A stretch of 64,000 nt of DNA from Eledone cirrhosa (taxonomy: Eukaryota), in contig OZ024740.1 of assembly GCA_964016885.1 (NCBI GenBank), positions 151,528,001 to 151,592,000 on the forward strand. The letters run 5' to 3'. The notes under the pieces are model-generated. The model ran no database searches. It was given only the letters and a program-made list of their open reading frames with translations, and was not told the origin of the DNA. Shown here piece by piece: positions 54,800 to 64,000 of the stretch. Made by a program: the position numbers and the translations under genes. The first letter of the stretch is position 1, and every line of letters begins with the position of its first letter.

Positions 54800-57462
54800 G
54801 GGGGGGGGGGGCGTTGTGGGAGGCTGTAACCGGGGTTTATCCATATAGCTTGAGGAAAGTTCCCGTCCTCGGATGTCTGCAGGCTCCGAATAAGTCGGCC
54901 CTTCTGTTTAATAGCTTGGTTCTGCCATGAAGAATCTCGAGTGTCTCACTAAGACAGAGGTTGCAAATACCAGACCCGCCTCTGTCTGGGGGAACCTTTC
55001 TAACCACGGACCAGACCAGATAGTGCGGGGTCTTTTCAAGTTTGAGCTTTCAGATCAATTCAGAAAATGCAGTACATTTCCTCTTATCTATTCTGTTAAA
55101 GGAATGGCGATGGTTATACCACCGATCTTTGAAGCTCGTCGCTGTGGATCCTATGTAGTGGTGCTCCGAGTTAGGGGTTGTGACCTTGCACCTGTAGACT
55201 ACGTTTTTCGTCATAGATTCATTACTAAGGGGGCATAGTGATGTGTCTCTGCAATTACATGACTTCTTAAGCCCCACCACATGTAGCTCGTGGTTACCAT
55301 CACTCGGGGTTCGCTGGGTAGCCTCCGCAATCAGCACAGGGTCGTTGGATTCCGGTGTGCTAGTTGGGCCTGTCCAGGTTCCGTTGCGTCCCGCGTACTG
55401 GTTCTGTTGGGTGGCTCCGGAGTTTACGGTGTTATTAGAGGCAGAGAGCCTATTCCTATTTATGCCAGCTATGTGCTGGGCTACGGAGCGTGTGGTTGAT
55501 TAGGAGAGTGTCACCGTGTGCCTGTTGAATATTTTATGGTGCTTGTGGGCCGAAGGGAAACATTTATCCAGTACTCTAAAGAATGTTCTAGCCAGGCTGG
55601 TACGTAGACCCACGGAGTACGGAGGGTTATAACATGTGACCTTCCTGGGCCATCGCGTGGTTGTGCACAGCTCAGGTCGAGCTCGGTTGGTGTCACTCAG
55701 GTGTGCGGAGCGGTCACTATCATGAGGGTTATATGGGCCCACCGTGGGGCTATAAACCTGTGAGGTGCGGCCGCCCTACTTAAGTAGGTTTCGGCGGGTG
55801 GTGGGGCCGGTGCAGGGGTGCCTATGTTCCGCAGCACAGTGGTCTTCAGCGTTGTAGGTATTAGACCGATGCGGTATGCGGGACCTTCTACCGGGGGTGG
55901 TGATGGATAGGAGTCTGGGAGTGTTACTAGTGGTCACCGAGGTATTAGGTGGGCGACTCATGCCCCTGAGGGTATTGGTCCGGGGTACCCTTGGGTCATC
56001 TCGATCATGTCCCTTAGGGTTATAGCTGATCCTATGGCTGTGGGACGCCTTAGCTAGCGCTGAGTTATAGTAATCAGCGTTACCATTGAAGATCTCTTTA
56101 TTAGCCGACAAGTTAGAGATCCTGTCAGAGACACTCTTAACTACGGCCTTAACTATAGATCTAGAGTGATTAGACCCAGCGTTGATATATACCAGCTTCT
56201 CATTGGGTTTATGATATGGGTGGTGTAGCTTGGTGTTTAGGTTGAGGGTGGTGTCCAGGAAATTCACTAATTTTCTATTGGGTTCCATCTCTACCTTAAG
56301 TCCTACCTTGCTAAAGAAGTGCCTAATTCTCCTCTTCATATTTTCGACCATTGTGGTGTCGTGGTCCACTACGGTGAAGAGTGCGTCGTCTTGGTACAGC
56401 CCGCCACCCAGGGTGGGTATTTCTCTCCTGATCTCGTAGAGTATGTATATCCCAACCAAGTCCGTTAGCTGCGCGGAGTCACTGGAGCCCATTGTAATCT
56501 CAAAATTATTTGGCCAGTCGCTCCGGGTCCATATGTCCCCACCGAATCGGATTAGGGTCTTTCTGGCGGCGTGTATGATTGGACCTCGTCGCGTGTTAGG
56601 TCTGTTCTATTCATCGCGAATATGAGTGCCTTGTTCAGGACTATGGGCGAGATAGAGGAGTAGTAATTGTTGATGTCTAGTTGTATGAAGCTAGTCCTAT
56701 GTTTGTCAGGTAAAAATGTAAACCAGTCCAGCACCAGGCTGGTGCAGGACCAGCGTTGTAACCTTATTTTACTCTTAAGTGTGTGCAGGATCCTATCTAA
56801 AATGCTTTTGCTAATAACCCCCATGTTTGACCGGGAGGGGGCTATCAGTCTGACCGGCAGGTTAGACTCGAAGTTTGGTTTGTGGTCCTTAATGGTAATC
56901 CTCGGCTCCCTTGGTTGGCATGGGGCCGTCCTATCATCGATCTCATAAGCCTTGATGTTGATATCCTCCAGGGTAGCCTCGGGCGTTTTTTTTGGAGCTT
57001 TTTCTCAATTCCCTGAGGATTAGCTCATGGTAAAGTTGAACGTCCATGCTGTAAAGGTTGTTGGTTTTGTTGGCATGGACGAGTATTCCTGTAGACACCT
57101 TAAGCTCGGTAATTCCATTTTCCAGTCGTCTAAGGTACTCTCGACCCCGGTATGGTTGGTCGTAAAATTTGATGTTGGAAATGATGCCATTCATTTCGTT
57201 CTCGAACTCTTCCAATAGTCTGTTGTGGGTGGGTGGGTGTGTGGTGTGTGTGTGTGGGGGGGGGGGGGGGGTATTCTGATCTGAAGAGGCACTCCATGGT
57301 TTTTTTGGTTATTAATATTGGGGTTTCCTCTATCGAAGTGGTAAGCCCTCCACCTCATCCTAGGTATTAGGGAGTCGTACTCTTAGTGAGATTCCTGGTG
57401 TATTCTTTTTTACCCAGTAATGGGATGTCCTTCAATGATGCCAGAGTGGTGAGTTTATTCAT
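54800..57462 (-). pseudogene. PLE RT-GIY-YIG polyprotein, frameshifted
   Basis: ANKTNNLY, FIQLDINNYYSSI, MGSSDSAQLTDLVGIY, GGLYQDD, VNFLDTTL, YINAGSNH, SCNCR..CPL..VVY..HYIGST. Confidence 0.9.
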
Positions 57463-57652
57463 ACTGGCTGCGGTCCGCTCACTGTATGAAGCGCTCAACA
57501 GGGTGTGGAGCATGGGGTAAGCAAGAAAGTAAGTGTTGGTAAAATCCAGTACTTCAGTATGCGGATAGGGAGCACTCAACGAAGATATAAGTTCCGGAGT
57601 TATAATAGTGACGAATCATAAGTCAATTGCATGAACTCATAATCCTTTATTT

Positions 57653-57708
57653 ACTGCTATATATATTTCGATGATAGCCATTGAATGGCTATGACCTCAT
57701 CAGGCAGT
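57653..57708 (-). ncRNA. hammerhead ribozyme in the 5' pseudo-LTR
   Basis: Identical to 53680-53735. Confidence 0.85.
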
Positions 57709-58126
57709 TAGTCAGTTCTTAGATATGCCAGCTCTGTGTTTATTGTGTTGATGGTATCAGAGCCTTGGGACATATGAGCTTGTTAGGAATAATTTAATGT
57801 TGTCAGCAGAAATAGTCTTGATTTTCATTGGTCAGTTTGTAGATGGTAGTAGGGTTGGTATTTGACCTCAAAGAGGCAGGTGGTGTTGTAAAGTTCAAAC
57901 CATCAGGCAAGATGACAATAGTTCCATATGACTGATTTTCACAAAAAGCATTCCTGGTCAGATATATATTCAATTAAGGTTAATAGTATGAAATAGATAC
58001 TACAGGTCATTCTTAAGTTGAGGAATTTATGTGGAGTGATGCTACTGAAATTTATGGTTAGACTAGAAAATTTACAAATAAAAAGACTTATGTAGGTTGG
58101 CTTGCACGTGCATATATATATATATA

Positions 58127-58158
<32 letters not shown>

Positions 58159-58235
58159 ACGAAGGAAATGTGGTAAGGAACCAGGTGGACCATAACGCAC
58201 CAAAGTACTCAATACTTGGGGTAGTAGAGTGGGTA

Positions 58236-58350
58236 ATAGGAACCAGTAAGACCCCGACAGCTGAGCTCAAGCCGTTTCGACGGCTAATTCCGGACGTCCA
58301 GAATTAGCCGTCGAAACGGCTTGAGCTCAGCTGTCGGGGTCTTACTGGTT

Positions 58351-58355
<5 letters not shown>
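58236..58355. repeat. near-perfect GC-rich fold-back (~55-bp arms) in an insertion between (TA)n tracts
   Basis: ataggaaccagtaagacccc..ggctaattc is inverted around cggacgtcca. Confidence 0.9.
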
Positions 58356-58407
<52 letters not shown>

Positions 58408-58570
58408 GAATATATATATATATATATACACACACATATATATATATATATAGGGGAGGGGAGATCGGCCGTCGAGGAAACAACACCACGGGTACGGCCG
58501 GCCTCCATGTTCATGAAAAGAAAATTTTGTTCGGGCAAATCATTGGATTTTTCCAAATTTATAGGCTTTG

Positions 58571-58628
58571 TCGTCTGAAGAGCTCGGGGTATCATAACTG
58601 ATAGTCACCAGTGAAATATGTATAACGG
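58571..58628 (+). ncRNA. hammerhead ribozyme in the short insertion 58452-58672
   Basis: tcgt-CTGAAGA-gct..tatca taac tgata..agt-GAAA-tatgta-TA-acgg. Confidence 0.6.
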
Positions 58629-58671
58629 AGTGTTAAATAAATCTGAATCAACTGAATATGGCCGTCGATCT

Positions 58672-58740
<69 letters not shown>

Positions 58741-58746
<6 letters not shown>

Positions 58747-59556
58747 CATTATAAAGAAAGAGGAAACATTAGATATAATTAATAAGATATACCATACCTA
58801 AATTTCTTCATTATCCTCGACTACGTAGTTTTGTGGCTTATTATGCAAAAACATTACATCACAGAGATGCAGTTTTTTTGTGAGGTTTGCCGACTTATCA
58901 AGAGGTTACCTCATTTAGAGTATCAAAACACGTCCGTAGGACGTGAGATAGAATCTCGAAAGGCGAAGGGTGACTCCGTCACGTGATACAGCGGTCAAGA
59001 AACAGAGCTAAGCCTCTCACAACCAAGAGAAAAATACCACAAAAGGCGGAGTGGGTATTTATGTCAAGGCCGTAGAAGAGTTGGCTAGGAGGGCGAGAAG
59101 TGTGATTAGTGTAAGCTTAACATCAGTCACTATACTTCAGTGGTTACTCTACCGTAGGGAGTTATAAACATTACAAAGAAATACACAGACACATGCCTAT
59201 ACATACATATACATGAATATACCCACATATATCCCTGAATTTGTGTGGTGCCAACCTTAACCGTTGCTGCTCTATGAATAATCGGGACAAAATAATCCGA
59301 ATGGATTAGAATGATTCAATATCAGAGCTATATAATACATTATAAAGAAAGAAGAAACATTAGATATAATTGTTTCTTCTTTCTTTATAATGTATTATAT
59401 AGCTCTGATATTGAATCAATCTAATTCATTCGGATTATTTTGTCCCGATTATTCATAGAGCAACAACTGTTAAGGTTGGCACCACACAAATTCAAGGATA
59501 AATGTGGGTATATTCATGTATATGTATGTATTCGCATGTGTCTGTGTATTTCTTTA
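58741..59556. mobile_element. ~590-bp unit with terminal repeat plus ~185-bp fold-back, in (TA)n
   Basis: ataatacattataaagaaaga.gaaacattagatataatt at 58741 and 59333; 59175-59359 is inverted at 59371-59556. Confidence 0.75.
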
Positions 59557-60159
59557 TATTGTATATATATATATATATATATAGTTGACCAGTCACTGTC
59601 AAAAATAAACACCGTACCTAATATATAATGCCATCGGCACCGGTTACAATATAACGGTATTTTATTTATATATCAACAAGTCCTTGCTATTGTGTGTGTA
59701 AAATGTCTTTAGTAGCGTTCGTCTCTTTAAATTCTGTGTGGGAAAAAATATTTTTTTCGATGAATGTAATCTGTATACTACAATGTTCGTGTTTACACAT
59801 AATTTAAATATTATCCTTCTAAATAAGTACTATTATGTCAAATATGTGCATCCCACTTTCTAGCAATATACCACTTTACCATACAACTTTACATTAAATG
59901 CTTGTATCAAAACACAGCTCTGTTTGCTCCTTGAAAATTGCTTGTATTTGGTGGATCTTTTAAGTAACTCAATATTTCTATCTATTTTTCCTGGCGAGAT
60001 GGGGATTTATGCTTGAGTGCTATTGAAAATATTTATCATTAATTGTTGGACTGATTAATTAATAGATGATGTATCCTGGCACTACATTTATCCCCCACAG
60101 AAACCTTTGTAGAAATTTAAGATGGAATGTGAATAACAACTTTGGTTTTCCTTTTGAAT

Positions 60160-60202
<43 letters not shown>

Positions 60203-60205
60203 ATA

Positions 60206-60262
<57 letters not shown>

Positions 60263-60265
<3 letters not shown>

Positions 60266-61142
60266 GTTATACTTTGGCAGGGTCATGTTGCCAATAAGAA
60301 ACACACGCACCAGTGCGTGTGTTTCTTATTGGCAACATGACCCTCCCAAAGTATAACAATATCGGTATCAACACACGTTTTCAAATAAAGAATCTTGCTA
60401 AACAAATTCAGAAACGATATATATATATATTGTTATACTTTGGGAGGGTCATGTTGCCAATAAGAAACACACACACCAATTGCTTTCACTTCAATTTAAT
60501 ATAAATTTATAAATTTCCGGTTGGTTGGTTGGTTCCACAACCAGATGGTTGTTTATAAATTGTCAAAGTTCTTTCGTCACACATTATGTGACCTCTTCAG
60601 TGACTGGGGATTCTTTTCTTTGTTTTTTGTGCCTCTCCTTTGTTCTGTCCTACGCCATCTTGTTTTTGTGTGTGTGTTGTGTGCTTAGTTTGCGCATGTG
60701 TTACATCCGGGTGTCTGTGTGTGTTTATATTCGTTTATTTATTTGTTTATTTACATGTTACTGGTTGGTTGTTCGTTCTATGTGCGTGTGTGTTTTCATT
60801 TTGTCCTTAATTGTAAGTTGTGATGTTGCTGTTCCATTCATTTTTTCTATTTAATTTTGGTTGTAATTCATTTATGTTTATTGCCTCTGTGATTTGTCTA
60901 AACATTGCGTCTTTTCTGTGTGTAGATTCTATTTTTATTTCTATGTTCTCTAATTTACCGTTATGTTCTATTTTAGCATGTTGGTAGAGTACAGATGATT
61001 CTTTACTATCTTGAAGGTCTCGCCAGTGTTCATTTATCCGTTCCCCTATACTACGAGATGTCTCACCTATATACACTATATTTTTATCTCTACATTGTGA
61101 AGAGGTACAATATAATGCTCGAACAGAAATTAGCCTTATCAA
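60263..61142 (-). mobile_element. 5'-truncated PLE of a second lineage: GIY-YIG end, pseudo-LTR and nested fold-back fragments
   Basis: VYIGETSRSIGERINEH..HAKIEH..RQITEAINI..LNRKNEW; 3' UTR 60430-60806; hairpin 60263-60360. Confidence 0.88.
60562..60604 (-). ncRNA. minimal hammerhead ribozyme in the pseudo-LTR
   Basis: gtca-CTGAAGA-g gtcacat aat gtgtgac-GAAA-gaac-TT-tgac. Confidence 0.68.
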
Positions 61143-61447
61143 ACAGGCTGTCAGATAAGGGAAACATCAGATACGATAAGACATCTCAGTAGATCCATTG
61201 CATATTATACAGCCATGAGAGAAACGAATTGAAATTATTCATATATCAATAGAGTATAATGAGAAATAGTTCAAACAATGTAAATTCTAAATTTTTTTAA
61301 ATGAGCATACGGAGAAGAAAATATATTTTTTCTACCCATTTGAAAAGATTAAGAAAATAAAGTTGAGGAATCATATTCCCTACCATTAAAATCGTTACTG
61401 TCCTCATCATTATCATCGACACTAGGTAATATTTGTCATGATTATAG

Positions 61448-61630
61448 TGGATTGGTAGTATCGGTAGAGGATCGGACGCCATGCTTTACATCATAATTAC
61501 CTCCATTTACGTTCTGACTTCAAATCCCGTCAAGGCTAACTTTGCCTTTCATCCTTACGGGGTCGATAAAATAAAGTACCAGTAACGTACTAGGGTAATT
61601 GCTGCCCTTGCGCCCAAAGTAGAAACAATT
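61448..61630 (+). mobile_element. tRNA-derived SINE
   Basis: Same family as 3376-3565. Confidence 0.85.
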
Positions 61631-61704
61631 ATTGTCACGCCGTATTTGGACGTATACCTATGTATGTATGCATGTAAAGGTATGTATGTCATTATGCATG
61701 TATG

Positions 61705-61764
<60 letters not shown>

Positions 61765-61987
61765 GCTCTCTCTCTCTATATATATATATATATTGTGACG
61801 GACTGGCCAGGTCGTCAGCTTGCATGATGGCAAGTGGGTCCCTAAGGGGCCCATGGTAATAATTTAGAGGTCAATTCAAAAACGTTGCTTACAAAGAAAA
61901 TATCAGAGAAAGAATACAAAATTAAGAAAAAATCAAACAAATACAACAATTAAGCATACTAGCGTTGACCTTTACATGAGATCGAGA

Positions 61988-62037
<50 letters not shown>

Positions 62038-62199
62038 GTGTGTGTGTCTGTGTGTGTGTATGGGGGGAGGGGTTTAAACAATGTAAGAAGACGAATTCTC
62101 GACGTTTAAAGCGATGAGAATATATTTAATTATATAAGTATAAAAAAGTGCTTAAGCGAAGAAATGCTGTAAAAATTGCTTATAAAATAGGTTGGATAA

Positions 62200-62346
62200 C
62201 CTTAAAAGGCGGAAAGAATTTGCCAACGACTGCTATTAGCAATTGAACCCCATCTTTTCCAGATAGCAACTAGAAAATATCTGGAAGATGTAGGGTTTCA
62301 ATTCCTCATAGTGGTTGTGGGCAAATTCTTTTTCGGTCTTTTAAGG
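62200..62346. repeat. diverged fold-back (~65-bp arms)
   Basis: ccttaaaaggcggaaagaatttgcc..ttccagata versus tatctggaa..ggcaaattctttttcggtctttttaagg. Confidence 0.65.
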
Positions 62347-62669
62347 AGATAAGGAGACGCCCCCCCCCCCCCCCCAGCAAAATTTGAACTGGAGGATCTA
62401 TTAAGTTATGCATTGTGATGATGAGTGGATATGGCAGGGGTGATAAATTTTTAAGTATTTCTGTTATTAGAAACTACGCTTATTTAGCTTAGCTGTAGTA
62501 TATATGTTATGAGTATACTATGTTATGAGTACTGGCAGGTGAGATACGTTGCATTTTCAATATATCTACAGTCGATCGATTTTTCATCAAATTAGGCTGA
62601 GGAAACAATGTTTCCGTTGGTCTTTCAAATTACTAATACTCTCTATCGGTCGCAACTCCAGATAGAAGG

Positions 62670-62785
62670 AGCAGCGTGAAATAAAATGTCTTACCCAAGG
62701 ACACAACGCATCACCCGGTCCGGTAATCGAACTCACAACCTCACGATTGCAAATCCAATTCTCTAACCACTCAGTCACACGCCTT
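62670..62785 (-). mobile_element. 5' part of a second tRNA-derived SINE family (CORE-like)
   Basis: Minus strand ggcgtgtgactgagtggttaga..gagttcgatt..gtgtccttgggtaagacatttt. Confidence 0.7.
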
Positions 62786-62837
62786 CACAACGATTACATG
62801 TATATACAAATTTGTGTTGGAACAGGGGTTGTGTTGT

Positions 62838-62980
62838 TGCTGGATAAAGTATATTTATAAATAAGATGAAAGCACCAACAGGGGTTAATTTCACTTTCAT
62901 CAATTTTCTGAATCATTACCATTGTCCATGATCTCCAGCAGACAACTGATGAAAGGGAAATTATCCCCGTTCGTGCTATC

Positions 62981-62988
<8 letters not shown>
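62838..62988. repeat. diverged fold-back next to (TA)n
   Basis: agcaccaacaggggttaatttcactttcatca versus tgatgaaagggaaattatccccgttcgtgct. Confidence 0.6.
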
Positions 62989-63047
<59 letters not shown>

Positions 63048-63048
<1 letters not shown>

Positions 63049-63440
63049 GTGGCTGCCAACTCGTTTTCGAGTACGGCCACTAATTTATATCCATGTAGGA
63101 GAACTCCTGCCGATGCGCGCTGAACGAGTGTGACGTTTTAGTCCAGCCAGCGACTTGAAAACTCTGGTACAAACACTGCACTTGTGACAATTATTGACAC
63201 ATAGTGCTGGGCCCATGGTACCATGTGACGACAAGTGCAGAGAGATCTCCATATATAAGGCAATGCCTGTGCCGTGAAGCTTTTATAGTGAGCAAAGGCA
63301 CTGCACAAAGCCAGTCCCACTCTCTTAACCAAGATGATATTTACCAAAAAGAAGAACAAGTCAACATCATTGGATACCATCAGGGTTGCAGGTGTTATAT
63401 CAGAGTTTTCCTTCTCCTTGAATTCTGCCTTGACAAAGGC
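63048..63440 (-). mobile_element. 5'-truncated copy of the non-autonomous RTE-like element
   Basis: Reverse complement of 18897-19285; abuts (CATA)n at 63440-63628. Confidence 0.8.
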
Positions 63441-64000
63441 ATACATACATACATACATACATACATACATACATACATACATACATACATACATCGATGC
63501 ATGCATACATACATACATACATACATACATACATACATACATACATACATACATCGATGCATGCATACATACATACATACATACATACATACATACATAC
63601 ATACATACATACATACATACATACATACTAAAAGAGAGATAGAATTAGTTATTTGTACAGAGAAAAATGAAATAATTAAATAAATAAAAGTAAATTTTAG
63701 TCTGTAATAATTGATAGAATAACCGAACCCGTTATCCAACGATGTAAAATACTTCAGCAAATCAATCCGTAAGTGATACAATGGTTGAGTGATACAACTG
63801 CTGGTTATATAATTGTATAACTTCTAACTTTAATTGGCAATGACTGTTCAGAGTTCAATCTCCTTCTCACGCTAAGCAGAAGAAGAATTCTTTTTGTCTC
63901 TAGGTTTGCCAACTAGAAAAAGGTAGAATGCAAAAGAAGCACCGCTCGCTTTGGAAGCTCCAGCTGTGGTTCTGTGGCTTTAGTTTCCTTCGTCTCACTG

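Larger units (their letters stand above)
53632..58110 (-). mobile_element. near full-length Penelope-like element with two ~505-bp pseudo-LTRs (53632-54137 and 57605-58110)
   Basis: Direct repeats flank a broken RT plus GIY-YIG ORF; (TA)n on both sides. Confidence 0.92.

Noticed and set aside
62940-62980. CTGATGA as a hammerhead core (also at about 1045 minus and 25092)
   Set aside because: No stem II-GAAA-stem III-UH-stem I arrangement could be built

Overview
AT-rich, microsatellite-saturated eukaryotic DNA. The repeat content resembles an octopus-like cephalopod (inference). No intact host gene is supported, and most listed ORFs are translations of (TA)n, (CA)n, (TATG)n or (GAA)n. The window is mostly a nest of retroelements: a near full-length L1/Tx1-type LINE (28.6-34.3 kb), a near full-length Penelope-like element (PLE) with two pseudo-LTRs (53.6-58.1 kb), several truncated PLEs, R4/Dong-, CRE- and RTE-type LINE fragments, tRNA-derived SINEs, a non-autonomous Helitron and a probable 18S rDNA fragment. 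The main hidden signal is more than 20 minimal type I hammerhead ribozyme (HHR) motifs read by eye, from many unrelated sequence families. Most sit in short fold-back or tandem non-coding units inserted in (TA)n tracts. They include variant cores (U3-A8, a mismatch at the base of stem II, very long stem II) and a ~565-nt retrozyme-like tandem unit. All folds are manual and need computational and biochemical confirmation.
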